The notes beneath the pieces are model-generated. The model ran no database searches. It had not been told where the DNA came from and was given only the letters and a program-made list of their open reading frames with translations. DNA of 63,997 nucleotides, counting the filler, from Dirinaria sp. TL-2023a (taxonomy: Eukaryota): the NCBI GenBank assembly GCA_051941275.1. It is 12 parts of 12 records of this genome, joined end to end, with 100 filler letters (N's around TTAATTAATTAA, not from the genome) between each part and the next. Parts side by side here need not be neighbours in the genome. Positions count along the whole stretch, not along the records: positions 48,406 to 53,654 come from JAVEBF010001698.1; positions 53,755 to 58,993 come from JAVEBF010001699.1; positions 59,094 to 63,997 come from JAVEBF010001756.1; 9 more parts are not named here. One strand, written 5' to 3'. Shown in pieces: positions 49,149 to 63,408 of the stretch (position 1 is the first letter of the stretch; the number at the start of each line of letters is the position of its first letter). The position numbers were made by a program, and so were the translations under genes.

Positions 49149-52100
49149 GGCGATGTGAGCTCTGGATTGATAAAAGGTCTCTAATGAAAAAATTGAAAGA
49201 TCTGCAGCTGAAGTTGTGGATAAGGGCAGTTTCTGTTGGCAGAAGTTGCGGAAAAAACAGAAGAAGCTGTAGAATGGGTAGACGAGGTGGAAGGCAGATG
49301 GTCTTGCAGACTTGGGGGCAGTGGTGAAGTTAAATAGTAAAACCAACTGTCCAGAGAAATTTGCTCCCCCAACAAGTGGGGTCTTGGTCGGATGGGTAAG
49401 GTAAGGTGGATACCAGATGATGACAACGATACTGAGCGCTGGTAGAGGGTGGGGCAGACGCTTCGTAAGAGATATGACAGGTTCAAGCGGTGGCAGTAAA
49501 AGAATTGTAGTTGCCAGCCTATAAATGAATGCGGGGATTGAACAAGGCTCCAATGTGAAGATAAGGCAAAACCTCAGGTTACTTACAATGAAGACGCAGT
49601 TCACTAGCGCTCAAATACTGCAGCCAGTGAGCTTTATCTGCTCCACCTGTGTCACATTGAAGGCCAGGAAGGTTTAAGCCCTGGTTCCAGCCAGGGGCTC
49701 ATTCAACACGTCAGTGGAGAATCTCTTTAGCGAAAAGCAATTCCGGGAAGCAGTCAAAACATTGTGGTGTTAAAACCCTGCTGCCAGTATCGACGACACA
49801 GAGGAATCCCGTAAGTGGGTCCCAACAATACGAGGAAGCCTGCGTATTGAATTGCTGCTGCAGAGTTTCGAGACAAGAGTGTCACGGTCTAGTGCTCGAA
49901 CAGCTGGAACCAGCAGAGCCACCACACAATGGAAAGAGAAGTGGAGCACAAGCACCGACCTCTGCCGTCCTTTTCCCATCTTCTACAGCGTCTCTTGCAT
50001 GTGCTTGAAGCTTGAGCAGCAGCAGAGGTTGGCCAAGTTTGTTGAGGATCCACTTCTCGTTAGTTTTATATTCTCACAGCCAAGATACGACGCCGAGGCC
50101 GGAGCTCTTGCATCATGGATATCATAGGTATGTCTTCCGTAGTAATAAACTCCATGTATGTGGGTAAGCATTCGTCGATAAGGTCCTCTGCCGACACGGT
50201 GATGCAAGATACCTATATATATATTATACCAGATAATCCTTTCCTCATAACCTATCATGGTTTTATTAGTTCTTTTTCTTGAGTTGATGCATTTATGGGT
50301 CTTTTGGCCTTTCGCCCATCTTTCATAGGATACTATAGCTCGAGTGCTAAAGACCGTGAACCATTAAAGTGCTATATGATATGGTCAGTTAGGTAGAGTG
50401 TGGAAGGTCTATACTGATGCTGGCTATCTTCGACGAAACTCTGGATCTAGAAAAACGATTTGTATGGGGTGACTCCAGTGCCATCATTTTGTATCATGGT
50501 TCTATCTATGTCGTTGGACAGAGAGACCCCTTCCCTGTCATAGAAGCTCTGAATAAGCAAAAGGCCTGTCTGAAGCACCAGATACCTGGAATGTTCTGGA
50601 GCGATCAGTTGTCTGGGTCGAGGACTGTGACTGTGCTTGCTCAATTCAGGGCCACGCCTTCAGCAATGTGGGCATTTGACAGTATAGCTGTTATTGTTTG
50701 TTGGTCTACCTGGATTATGTCTTGAATCTTTCTTTCGATTATTTGATAATCATATTAGAGTCAGCAAGGTGAAGAGGGACTGCAGTTGCGGATGTTCGAT
50801 GATACGAGAGACTATCATGTCTTGAAGCTGCAACTTTCTTTCTATGTTGGCAATCATAAAAAGAGCAGAAAAGTGGTGGGAAATACAGAGCATAAAGAAA
50901 GTCAACAGGAAAGAAAAAGCTGGCAGACTTTATGGATTTAGACTATGAAACGCAACACTTGTGGAAGCAACACCTACATAAAGCAAAAGCGGAAAGCTGA
51001 AAGCCGATGTTGTAAGGTCGAAATGCCAGTGACTGCAGGCAAGAAGACTCACAGCCACAAGCACGGAAAATCTACATGGGGGGCCTGACCGTATATCGGC
51101 AGTCTACAGTGTATCATGTCGAGTTCATCAGATAATGCACCCACGCTGGCAAGTGTGCTTGCTCCGAAGGGCAGGGTTGCATTAGGGTGAAGACAGCCTG
51201 CAATGCGCTTGAAAGCGAAGTCTTGCGAGGAATGAAGGTTCTCAATGTGACAGCAGCGCCTGGGGAATGAGTCCAGGTCACGTGGGGAGTGGTGCGGTGG
51301 TACGTACTCGAATATGAACTGAAAATGTTGCCCGGGGACTTCATTAAAGTTTGCGAAGACATTCTATGCGCATTCCCACTTAGAAAGACTAGCGAATGGC
51401 TGACGATCGTTCCCGGCGGTACCGATGTTCTGGAGACCCTGGAAGAAATCTATTGGAGCGCATAACCGGATGGTCTTTCTGGGTTAATTTGCGACTACAA
51501 GAACTGTACAAATGCAACGCTTCAAACTTTTGAGACTCGGGAGCCCCTCGAAGCTGATTACCTGTTCAGACACAGAGGTCCTAAATTGGATAGCGATACG
51601 CCATTGTGTGGGAAGACTGGCTGAAGCAACGTTTGTAGGCTCAAGGCGAATGCGAGGTGATACACTGGAAAAGATTAGGCCATTATCAACCATAGGATGT
51701 GAAATCGATCACTGCACGATCTGTTCAGCCAGACGAGAAAGGCTCTTACTGCAGTAATAGGGACTGCCGACAGCCTAGGGAAGACTGTGGACAAGGTGTT
51801 CGGGCACTGCTCTATGTAGACTACGTGCTACGGACATACGGAGTGTTTGAGGAGAATTGCTGCCATGTTACATTTGCAGGAAGTCCAAATCTTATACTCA
51901 TAACTGTATGACAAATTTAAGTTCTTTTCATGGATTTAGAAGCTATGCACACTCTACATGAAACCCGGATCACATGAAACCAGCATGAAGAGGAGTCTCA
52001 GCAGGCGATACTCATTACATCAACCGAACGCTACCAGGATTGGAATCCTCAAGCTATTTAAGGCAGTCGAAAGACCGTTCGATATTATATACGCCATCGA

Positions 52101-53754
52101 CGAGCTTTCATCTTTCAAACGCAGATTCCAATCCAACAGCCTAGTCGACACCGCACCCCAAAGATGTCGTACGTGGCAAAACTGCATCAATCCCTGACCA
52201 CAACAAACAAAGGCTATCAACTAAATTCGGTTACTCTCGGATTTCAAATCAGCAGGGCAAGCATCGCGATCATCAATTTCTCAAGTATAGTATGACAGAT
52301 TGCTCGTACTTTTGAGAAGGGTGGTCTGTCGTACCAGCCCTCCTCATCGATACGCGGAAATCAGAGCTGAATTTACGCAATTATTAAAAGTCGATCGAGC
52401 GAAATTTAGGCGAAATGGTGACGGGATTATTCAACTTTGTAAAACAACTTTCCAAGCAACCCGAGCCCCCTACCTCTCAAATAACCGTGCAGGCCAGCTA
52501 CCACATGTGCCTATCATGCCCATCCAGGAAAAGAGAAAAGAAAGAAAAAATCAAAGGAAAAAAACATGCTTAACTTCTCTAAGACTCAGGATAGGCCCAA
52601 GCTCCGCAGCGCACTCTCTTCCTCATACAAAAGACGCGCAAAGACCGAGGATCACTACTAGTTCTACAACAGAAGGACGAGACACAATTACCTCCTTGCG
52701 CGACTTAATAAGGTGGCTAATGTGGAAAACTTTTCTTGTTCTTAATCCCTCGAAGTACATCTCTTCATCTGCTTCTTTCTCTCTTCTCTTTTCCCTTCTA
52801 TGCCATCATTCTTCTCATCTTCTCCACATTCTTACATCTCTCCTTCTCTATGCCTTCCTCCGAATTCACATTCAACAAAACTCGAATCCGTACACACATA
52901 ATCCCCCTACCTGAATATCAACATAACAGCAGCCAATAATTTCATTAAATAGAGCCAGCGAGATTGCCATTTCTTTATATCTTTCAAGTTTCGGGATGGC
53001 TATCATATCATTGCAGAAACGTAAGGGAAAAGAAAAGGGATCCTAAGGTAGCCTCTAGATACATGGCTCCAACGCATGTACGAGTATCGATAGCCTGGGG
53101 ACACCGATCTTTGATAGAGCCTATATGCGTGCTAATGATGATGATTATGTTCGAAATATAAACGAAAACTCCAGATATACCGATGAAGCGCCGCCAAGTG
53201 TGATAACCCTCTATATCAAGCCATTCACCCCCACCCCCATCACGATATACTCATCTCATACTCATACTCACCACAAACCCAGCCGCAATCCTCTCCATCA
53301 CCAAAACCTAACCCCCTCTTTATCGCTGAGAGCCATTCTCGCTCGCTCACTAACGACGAACATCAATATAAATCTCTTCAACACGTACATATCACTAATT
53401 GAAGAAACCTATTCGAAATTAAATGCTCCTCTATAATTCACTGCATCGAACAGTAAGGATGGATTTTCATTATGAGCTCTATCAATCAGTGCGATATCGT
53501 CTTTTTTTTTCTCGAACAGAGTAAGTGATTTCATTTATAATAGTGTAGGAAAGGATTATTGACCGCAGACGTGAGACCCTCCAATTTCATTGCACCAACC
53601 TCACCAAAGAGTTAAAAAAAGAAAAAAAAAAAAATCTAAACCTCTGTATAAGAANNNNNNNNNNNNNNNNNNNNNNNNNNNNNNNNNNNNNNNNNNNNTT
53701 AATTAATTAANNNNNNNNNNNNNNNNNNNNNNNNNNNNNNNNNNNNNNNNNNNN

Positions 53755-54945
53755 TCAAGCTACTTGAGGTTGTAGAATTGGGGAAAAAGGTGAATTTGGT
53801 GGTAGAGTCTGGAGAGCGGGTGCTGGAAAAGGCGGCTGGACTGGATGACGAACGGTTGAAGAAGGTTGTGCTGTTAGTTAAGGTTGTGACGTTGGTGGGA
53901 GAGCTGAAGAGCGAGGAAGAGTTTGTTGGCGAAGGTGTAGAGTAGGGCGTTGAGAAAAATCCAGAGCTATTCGAATATACGGTGGACGATAGCCTCGAAG
54001 TTGGCGAGCCTGACATCCAAAGAGGGGTCGGGGTGGTATGGATGAACGTAAAGAAAGATATGGACGAATTTGGGGGTAGGTGCGAGTGACTTGTCGACAA
54101 GCTGTTCTTCTGTGCCTCGATCCCAGGGCAAACAGAGACTGTCCATGATTAGTTTTTTTTCTTTCGCTCAGTTCTTCAATTGGCCTATCAGTACTCACGG
54201 GGAACAGCCGATAGCACAATAGGAACACACATAGCTGGCGGTGTACCGAGAAAGTAAGCAAAGATGGAGCCGCCGAAACTGCACAACAAAGCGGTCCCAT
54301 TCTGGAAAGCTTCGTTGTTCCAGGTCAAAGCTCCGCTTGACAGCTCCCACGTGGTCGAAATGGGCCTCGGGGGTTTGGAAGGTACGAAGTTTTGAGAAGT
54401 GACGCCTGCTGGAGCGGAATAAATTCCTCCGGTAGATGTTACTAGCTGTCCACTGGCATCCAGATAGCACACTGAAGATCTATAGCAGTCGGTGGTGGAT
54501 TCTCCAGACGAAGTTATGTACTCGTAGTTTGCTTGCTGTCGTCGGGCGAGCTGATAGCGTCCGCTGTTCACCGCATGGTATGCAATGAGAAAGCCTGACG
54601 GCGTTGTAGTAGGCGGACTTGCAGAAGAAGGGTACGATCTAAGTTGGTATCAGCGCTATTCCATACATAGACTCAACATCAACACTCTTAGTACATTGAA
54701 GGTGACGAAGTAGAGGTTGTTGAGGTAGAATTGCCGCCCTGAAAGAAGAAGCTGGTTTTTCCTGTCTCTGCAAGAAGAGTGGATGGGTTAATGGTGCTTT
54801 CGAAATTGTTGGCGGCTTGAGGGCCCGCAGATGGACCGATAGGTAGACATGAGCCGGTAGGTATACTTAGAGTAACGATATATTGAGCGGTGGCTGTACT
54901 GGAGGCCAGGAGACATACGATGGATAGTAGATGAAGTTTCTCCAT
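53755..54945 (-). CDS. Secreted/cell-wall protein with a DUF7908-like domain and Ser/Thr-rich stalk, 3' truncated
   Basis: Signal peptide MEKLHLLSIVCLLASSTATA; the middle exon has RRQ..YITSSG..DC..LDASGQL..ISTTW..LTWNNEAFQNGTALLC..PPAMCVPIVL; the last exon is S/T-rich. Confidence 0.7.
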
Positions 54946-56944
54946 TGCCAATATGTGAACTCAGGACACGTCCAGATGCTCATCTTTGACGATGGGTCAG
55001 TGTTGAGCCTTTATGGTCCGGTCAAATTATGGAACGTCACGCAATGAAACGCGTGATACATTCCTATACGCGAGACGCACACGTGCACCCTGAAATGCAA
55101 CCACTTTACTCCAGCAGGCATGTTGGAGTGAGTTGAATAATCATAAGACTTCTACTTCGTTCCATGTACTTGCAGATTTCTGCCGTTTGTTCCAAATATT
55201 ATCAGAACGAAGTTAAACTACCAGGTCGTCGCCCAGATGCCTCAAGGCCGATGACTGCTCGGACCCTGAGCAGATCGTTGTCGTAAGGAGAAGTCCCACT
55301 CGGTCTTGTCTGATGAGATGGCTACGTCCTCAATCGTGGCGTGAGGCATCTGAGAGAGTTGAATTTGTGCACAGAACGTTGGTTTGATGTTGAAGATATC
55401 TGCATGACCATACGAGGAGATATAGCTCAACAATGGATACATTTTGAGCGCTGGTGTGAGGCATACTCGTGGAGGAATCGGCTGAGAATGATTTTCTGCG
55501 GCAATTGATTTCACTGATTATTATTAACATGGTGAGGAAAAAAAAAGAAAGGGCGATACTGCATCTCATTAGATAAGGTAAGTAGGCAGTTCCCCGGCTT
55601 GCGCAGAGTTGACGAGACGAGCAGCTAGTCCCGATTAGGCATAGACTCCCCCAAGCCCGATTTCAAGTAAACATGCCCGATTCTCTGCACTCGTCCACGG
55701 GATTTCTCTTAGTCAAGCAATCAGTTGTGATCCCCTGATACGGTTTGGTGAGAATCATACTCGTAGAAGTGAGGACTAGGGGACTGCCAAGGATGGCCTC
55801 GCCACTGGCTTTGTTCTCATACACTAGACCGCTCGGACGCTCGCGTTGGCTATGCGGGATAGATTTCTACTTGGCTTTTACTTGGAACTTCTTCGTGCAC
55901 TTCTATGCGCTACATCTACGAAAACGCTCAGCATCAAATATTGACATGACATAGTTGCACCTGTGGTGTAAGACACCATGGCAAGTTCTTGAACAGAGAC
56001 TCCTATTATCTGTTCCTCGATCATTTTCCATTATAGTGATGGAACCCTGGCAAGGCTTGGGATTCAAGAATGGTCTGATAATACCCTTTTCTCCGTAGTA
56101 CGAGCCCCCCATTCTTGGTTTAGGCTCTAGCTAAACTCGGCTGCTCGTATATCTATAGCGAGTCTCAAGCGGCATTCGAGCCGTCCACTGTTTAGCCCAG
56201 TCCTTTGCTGCCTAACAGGAATTCAAGTCTAGAGTCCTCCAATCGCCGTGGTCAGACGTCGGGTCAGCAATATACAAACATGGGCTTAGGTTTGTCACCC
56301 GCAATCCCGATCGCTCGGATCAAAGGTCCAAGTATTGGATTCTATTTTAGATCTATAAAATCTGTGGGTTCTAATGATACTGACAGCTCAAAAAGTAGCT
56401 TTCATATTTCCTCTCCTTTCCAATATCATTATCTCTTGCTAGGATCCAAGTCCGCACTAGGTGTTTCTGCAGATAGAAGACTCTGCTATCACCATGTGAA
56501 CACATCATCCCACGGTTGTCAGGCCATCATCGCTCCCGCGCTGGAATTTGTGGTTTCAATACTTCTTGCATGGAATTTCTGTTTGTGGCGCCACTAACTC
56601 GGTTAATGTGACTGCTTATTCGTCCAAGTAGCCTTGGATGTCACCCCTGCATTGTGGCTTGCCAGACGGACCAATGACTGCTCTCTGCACAGGTTGGAAA
56701 GCTACACTTTTCTAGGTCAGCCTATACTCATAGCTCTAGGACGCTCTTCTCAGCTTGCAAGGCCAGAGACTCTAAGATAGTTTGGCCGTTGAGAGCTTCA
56801 AGTTAAAGACCCTACTCGACCTTTTAATGTCTGCTAGCCTCAACCTATAAAGGCAAGTCGAGATTCAGTTTCCTCTACATCAACCTCACTATTCTCTTGA
56901 GATAGAGGCTTCGTATAAAAGGTTCTTTCTCTGTCTCAAACAGG

Positions 56945-57945
56945 ATGCGCACTTTACTCAATCTTTTCGCGGTGTCTCTTGTCAGACTTGCTTTTGCCAG
57001 CGATGTACCTCTTATCCGGGGTAGAGCTCTTAGAGCCGCCATCGCTGATCGGGCGGTATGCACCAGCGACAGCGTACTTCAAGCTCTGAAAGCAAACAGC
57101 CCCTCCGCCAGCCCATTTTGCTCTTCCTTTATCCACATTCCTGTATCTACCGTGTTCAAAAGTGTAGCTGGTGTAACAGCCACAACGTGAGGCCCCTGAC
57201 AGACTACCTTTTGAGATTGAAAGTTCTTTTATCTGTCTCAAGAATTACTGACATAAATTCTTGTAGCTCAACAGAAACGATCACTGTCGACAGTACCGCG
57301 ATCCCCAACTTTCCGAACACGCTTCCCACCTACGTCAGTCAATATTCGTCGTCTCAAGTCTCGAGTGCTTGCTCCTGTCTTTCGGTGCCGAAGTCCACGC
57401 AAACTGTCACCGCTAGTTACAGCACCGTTGTAAGCTTCTACGTACTCTAGCAACCTTCTGCGCTCGGAACCGAGATGATACCCATTCCCCGCCAAACCTT
57501 CTTTGTCATTGCCTTTGATCGCATTAAGTCTCCTTGCAATCCCCCTGACCTTGAATACTAGTACTCCGACACGACAGTGACTCAAACGGTCACTGCAACC
57601 GGTGTCTGCGCTACTGGCACTGTTTATCCAGGTGGACATCTGGTGACGGGCCAATTTGCCGACGCGTATAACTTTTCCATGTCAACTAGCACTGCTTACG
57701 ATTGCTGCAATATCTGCAATTCTGGTGGTGAGGGGCCATATGCGAGTTGCGTCGCCTGGGCATGGTTGGGCAATGGAAACTGTTCGAGTGTTCTAGAAGG
57801 ACCTCCATTTAGTGATTACATGAAGCCGCAGTGTAGCCACGATGGGCTGAAGCCGGGAACGATTTATGTGAATAAGGCTAAGTATCCTGGGGATGTAGGT
57901 GGGAAAGGACAGTGCGCCAGCAAAGTAACGGTCGTGAACGAATGA
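56945..57945 (+). CDS. Secreted Cys/Thr-rich protein with a C-terminal PAN/Apple-like domain, 3 exons
   Basis: Signal peptide; CTSDSVLQAL..ASPFCSSF and PTYVSQYSSSQVSSACSCL paired motifs; C-terminal CCNIC..CVAWAW..C..C..C; two GT-AG introns restore the frame. Confidence 0.75.
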
Positions 57946-60900
57946 GGTTCGGCGAAGAGAAGAGTGGCCTGATGGTGACCCTGTACAGGACAAAAGAAGA
58001 GGTCATGAATAATGCGTAAGCACAACAAATTGATGTATGTCTACTCCTATCCGGCGAAGGAGCCATCACGCGGTTTAAGCTGCTGTACTTTCAAGCTCAA
58101 CTCTGCTCGAGACTTCACAATTCTTATTGAGTTCGAGGCACTCCCCTGGCTAAATCATCGTACTAAGTTGACATTTAACATTTCCTTCTGTTATCATGAT
58201 TTTAAACTTAATTCACTCTGAAAAGTCTATCAAAGTTGATCTCCATTAGGCTCATTCAAAGAAACCAACGAGTAAAGATGGCTTCCTCTTTTGAAGAATT
58301 ACCTCTAACCAGCTGGAACGTATCCTTCATCAAACATGCGCAATGAACACTGATTGAATGATTGATGAAAGAAATCCAAGACGCAGGCAGAGAAGGGCTA
58401 TCAAAAATCCGGAGCTGGAATCTCCCAAACTTCGAACGTGTTCAAATTGCGTTCACGATTTCTTTTGTGAAAAAGACCAAAGCCGTCTGCACTTCGGATA
58501 GCAAATCGATGTAGCATGAGCTCAAACAGATTTATTTTCGCACCATTTCAAATTGGTTTTGGTCGACAAGTCACAGCAGGATTTGCTCCAAGAAGAGCAT
58601 TCTAGCACGTTGTGCGTTGTTTTCACATCCGGACTCATTGGAACTCCGCAAGCAGCCCTACTGTATCATCAAGACTGTTTCTAGGTCCCATTGCAACGAC
58701 TTCATCGACATCATGAGTCGAAGGACTGGAGCCATTTTCGCATGTCAGCGATTTTCGCAGTCCACAGACTAATGACGAAAGAACATGATGGCGCTTGAAA
58801 GAGCCGAGATGCTGCGAGAAGTGCTACTTAAAAATACATCAGGAATGCTACAACATGTGTTATACGAGGATGCTGATAGGACCGCTTCCCCAGAAGCGAG
58901 ACAGGGCGGTTGCAACATTCTGGAGCGTAAAAGCGCTCTCAGGCGATTGCCGCGCACTCGTCAACTCATGCATCTCGTATAACTAACGCAAGCNNNNNNN
59001 NNNNNNNNNNNNNNNNNNNNNNNNNNNNNNNNNNNNNTTAATTAATTAANNNNNNNNNNNNNNNNNNNNNNNNNNNNNNNNNNNNNNNNNNNNTTGCGTT
59101 ATTGTTGGGGGGCGGTGTGCGGTTGGAAAGGCATGCTCAGGTTGGGTTGGAACTGGGTAAGGTGAGTAGGTACCCTTGAGGTTTGAGATGATGTCTGTCC
59201 TGACTCCTGAGTGAGGTTGGCGCTTTGGTAATGTACCTTACGGGCGGGTGTATTTTTAGGGTTTTCGGGGTTAGCGCGTGGATTTAATACGTGGATTTTC
59301 GAAATGTAGGTTGGTGCTCGTTTATATTTTAAGCAGGATATCACTTCGGATTTACCTTGTCCAGAATCAATATAGGATTAAGGTAACAGGTTATTATAAT
59401 TTGTTGCTCGCTATGTACATTTCAAGCAGGCTTTCTTCCGGATTTCTAGCTTTCTGGTGTGGTTCTATCTAGTATTGTCCATCCTTCACAATCTCACATT
59501 TGCACAGCTTAGGCCAAACTTGGGAGGAAGCTTTTTTCGACTCAGATTTCTGTTATCAATCGACTTGGCTCGATCGATTGGCTCTTCAGGTCATATCGGC
59601 ATAATTTTGTTGATGTTTGGAAGGAGTTTTAGCTGGTTCAAGAACCACGGAGGTTTCTTGTCTGAAATTGTAGTGCCTGTCTCTCCGGAGCCCATCTCGA
59701 TCTGAGGCTACCAAACCATCTGACATTGTTTCGAAATGGCTAAGTGGTAAGTCTGACACCGCTTCTCAAATATATGGGATGCGTCAGACCACACTTTTCT
59801 GTTTCGTATCGCTCACTCCTGATGTATATCTGTACCAAGCTCTCTTCTTCCTAGAACATCCGTGACACGTTGTTCCAATTCCTCGAATACCGTACGGCTG
59901 GCCATCTTGCTCTTCCGTCTTGCGTACTCAAGAAGCTTGAATCAATGTCCAACTCTCTCTGCATCGACAAGCTCGTCCTGCCTTTCGGTTGCATGGGTCT
60001 TCTTTCAATAACCTAATGAGTTGATGTTTCTTATTCATTTTCGTTTGTCGGTAGTGGCGGGAGCTCCTTGTCGGTAGCGAAGCGGCATACATCGTTCTCT
60101 CGAGTAGCTACCCTGGGATGAGTATTAAAGGTATGAGATCGTGTTTGAGCTTTCGGCCCAGAGCTGTTGATCTCGAAGTCTGAATCTGTCGCGAGATTTG
60201 CCACCAACCGACGAGGTCCTTGCGGGATCAGTAAGGCGTGGGTTGATTCAGCTTCATGGTCGAGCGTAAAGTTGAAGGGCGCGCAGATTTTTTTCAGGAA
60301 CCTTTTCAAGATGACTCGCTTCCGCTTGTCCATGGAGGACTGGATATCCCGGAACTTTGCGAAAGCTTAGTTATTATTCAGGAATCCAGATCCAAACAGC
60401 ACTAACATAGCTGTAAGAAATGGTATATGGCCCTGCCTGTGGCTTGTACGGCTAATATGTGTATAATCTCTTTCGAGAAGATGGCTAAGGTTAATTGCGT
60501 GTCTTTGTTCTTGTTCCATGCGATCTTCATACTAGGTAAAACAAAGCAACGGTCCAAATTTGACATCGGAATAGGAATGCAGTGTGGCTAGGTTCAGTCT
60601 TTGTCATCTATTTTATGTTCCCAACGAAATCGTTTCGATATCGATGGTTTTCATTTCGTGAAAGCCTTTGCTACACCCGAACGAGCCATATTTCTTTTAT
60701 ATTCTTATTTTGCCTTAGTCTGTCTCTCATTTCCGTTCGTACATAGCCATCATCTCAAATGGTAGCTGTGCTGCAATCAAGTACTGACTCAGAATCAGCA
60801 TTTGAGCATTACAAAACCTGGGGTCTTCTTCTGAAGTCTCTGCTGAGTATTCGTCTTTGCATCGCCTCGGACATAGAATGAATGAGACGGACTGTCTGAC

Positions 60901-61389
60901 TTTGTAGGCTTCTCATGAACATGACGTACCTTCATTGGAGCCACTCAAAGTGCTCTTGAGGTGAGAAATCCAAAGACAGTACAGTTTAGAGCATTGCTAT
61001 GAGTCTATGAACAAGAACCAATGAGCCACATGTATAAATTCTCGCAAATCGTAAAATGGCACAAGTCCAATTTTCAAAAGGATTCAAGTCTGCACAGCTT
61101 AATGAATACTTCGAGAGCCGTTGATATTGATGGCAACACCACTACTAAGGTACATACTATGCGAGCACTTTCATATCCTGTCTGAGACTGTTTGATATGC
61201 TGGATCTTGGCATTGCCAAGGAATAGCTTTCAATACATAAACGAGCTAATTTAGCTGTAATAATAGGCCGCTGAAGCCAGCGATATACTCGTACCTGAGA
61301 GTGGAATTGGGCTAGCAGTCGATCTGTCCTGTAAGGTAGAATTGGCATTATTTAGAGGCTGTTGAAAGCCTACATAAGGTATATGATTC

Positions 61390-62766
61390 CTAAAAGATGT
61401 GTCTATCCAACGGGACAGCGCTCACCAAGGCGTCGCAAGCATTCCCCCGACCTTCACAGACATCCCGCCAGCGGTCAATCTGTTTCCTCTCATTTTCAGC
61501 TGCAACAACTGACACACTGTCCGACATGGTCACAGTCCTTGCTTCCCAGTCATCCGTCTCGGGCGCGATGTCCATCATATCCTCCTCGTGTGATTGACAG
61601 ACTTCGTCAGCCCATGCTTCAACGAAGGAAGGATTGAAGCTCGCAGCAGGCCCAGCCTGATCGATGAAGGAGCTACAGTCGTAATTCGTACAGTCTCCCA
61701 GGCCAGACTCTTGGTCGTATCCGATCTCAAGCAAACCTAGACCTCGGACTTTCGCACATGCTTCACTGTAAGCTTGTTCGGCATCAATCAACGCTCGTGT
61801 TATCTCCCGTCCCATTTGGACATGGTACAGATCCAAATCGCTTTCTGAGAACTGGGCCAACCCTTCTCGCTGAAGCTGACGGTATTCGATGATCTTTTCT
61901 TCCTGCACGAATGGCAAGCTGTCGAAATCAAGTTGGGCCTCCAAGAGCCGCTGCCGAGCCGCTCTGAACTCTTCGAGCAGTTCAGATTCGGCTGGTGTTT
62001 GGTCGCTTACTGCAGGCTCTTCTTCTTGCACCCTAGTTTCTTTTATCACAGTGTTGCTGGCTTCAAAAGAGTCTGTCCAGCCACTCCGAGCGTCTTGCAT
62101 GAGCTGAGCCTCAAGTAGGACCTGCTCAAATATATCCTCAGCCTGGCTTCGCGAGTGGTCTAGATCATCCTTCCAACCTTGACGTTCAATGTCAAATTTT
62201 TCTTTGCGCTCGACGTCTCTTGAGATCTCCGGTTGCCGCCGGTTAACTTCTTCTTTGATTTGATCGTGTTCCTCCTTGCTGGTCGCTTCTGCTAACATAG
62301 TCTCTGAGTACTCGAGGAATCCTGCGCCGAAATTAGCAGCTCTGCTGACTTCTTGATACACCTGCACACTAGACTCTAGCTTTCTTTTGTTCTCTATCAT
62401 CGTTGAGAGTACCCTGACTGTTTCTTCAGTTAACAGAAATGCAATGCAATCTCTATCACCATCCTTGACAGAGACAGCTCGGTTCGGGCCATCTGTAAAT
62501 TGGGCTGCATGTATTTCTGCTGGTTTCGTATCCATCAGCTCTTGATTCTTGGAAGTTAGCTTGGCATTCAATCCGATAGGTGCTCCAGCAGCGCACTCTA
62601 GTGGTGGATTCTGTGTGCAGGCGTCCATATTTGGGGAAGACACTGTAAGAATGGTGTTTGAAGGTATTCCAGTAGCAGTTGCAGAATCTGGGGTTGGTTT
62701 AAATCCAAAAGCGTCCCTCAGTGACTGGACAGTAAAATCCATGGTTCCCCTGACTTGCGCTATCAT
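61390..62766 (-). CDS. Hypothetical acidic coiled-coil protein
   Basis: 458-aa ORF with E/K/R-rich helices, ITRALIDAEQAY and a C-terminal DDWEARTVTMSDSVSVVA..RKQIDRW. A further 5' exon is possible. Confidence 0.7.
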   Translation of the reverse strand: MIAQVRGTMDFTVQSLRDAFGFKPTPDSATATGIPSNTILTVSSPNMDACTQNPPLECAAGAPIGLNAKLTSKNQELMDTKPAEIHAAQFTDGPNRAVSVKDGDRDCIAFLLTEETVRVLSTMIENKRKLESSVQVYQEVSRAANFGAGFLEYSETMLAEATSKEEHDQIKEEVNRRQPEISRDVERKEKFDIERQGWKDDLDHSRSQAEDIFEQVLLEAQLMQDARSGWTDSFEASNTVIKETRVQEEEPAVSDQTPAESELLEEFRAARQRLLEAQLDFDSLPFVQEEKIIEYRQLQREGLAQFSESDLDLYHVQMGREITRALIDAEQAYSEACAKVRGLGLLEIGYDQESGLGDCTNYDCSSFIDQAGPAASFNPSFVEAWADEVCQSHEEDMMDIAPETDDWEARTVTMSDSVSVVAAENERKQIDRWRDVCEGRGNACDALVSAVPLDRHIF

Positions 62767-63408
62767 AGTCTCAGACTAGGCAGGGAATATCATTTCAATC
62801 CTGGTGGTGAGTTCAAAGCTTCAATTTTGGAGTCGAGAATACGACCCGAAAGTACGTGGAGACTGGCGTTCGGACAGCAATAAAGCTGGATTGGCTTCGA
62901 ATCCCTTTGTCCAATTCTTTGTTTTCGATGGCAAAGGCCGCAAAAACTTGTGCCCTCGAGACAAAGAGATACAGAACTTTGTGGCGCGAACATCTTTGTC
63001 TTTGTTAGCTATAGTTCGATTGTCCTGACAAGACGTCTTTGAGCCGAGCCTTTGTGATCTGACAAGTTATTTCATTCGTGTACAATCAGCAAAATGCTCA
63101 GCTCTTCTATTTCAAACTAGCAAATGTAGATTCATACGAAATCATACTGATCTAGACACAGGAATCAACTGAGTGAATTTTAGATTGACGACGCAGCGCA
63201 GGTTGCTGCCTTTTGAATATCCCGAGATCTCAATTAGTCAGGAAATCGTATACTTCCAGAATTTTTAAGACGGTTTCGCACTCTAATACAGTCAACCAGA
63301 TTCGAAGCGCAGTGTATTTGAGTAACTCGCACTTACAATCCGATATAAAAAGTCCTGATAGAGCGCGCTCTTCCCAAAAGTACTCAAAAATTTATATATA
63401 TAGTCGCT

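Noticed and set aside
49600..53654. 4 kb of short scattered ORFs
   Set aside because: No domain motifs, codon bias or consistent exon chain.
5302..59093. Regularly spaced TTAATTAATTAA palindromes in N runs about every 5.37 kb
   Set aside because: These are artificial concatenation linkers. The periodicity reflects length-sorted contigs, so apparent neighbours across linkers (for example LOV next to deaminase, or Dicer next to F-box) are not real linkage.
58278..60333. Possible gene fragments either side of the last linker (MASSFEEL.., CCEKCY.., MDKRKRVILK..)
   Set aside because: The frames are interrupted by stops and I could not build a supported model or assign a family.
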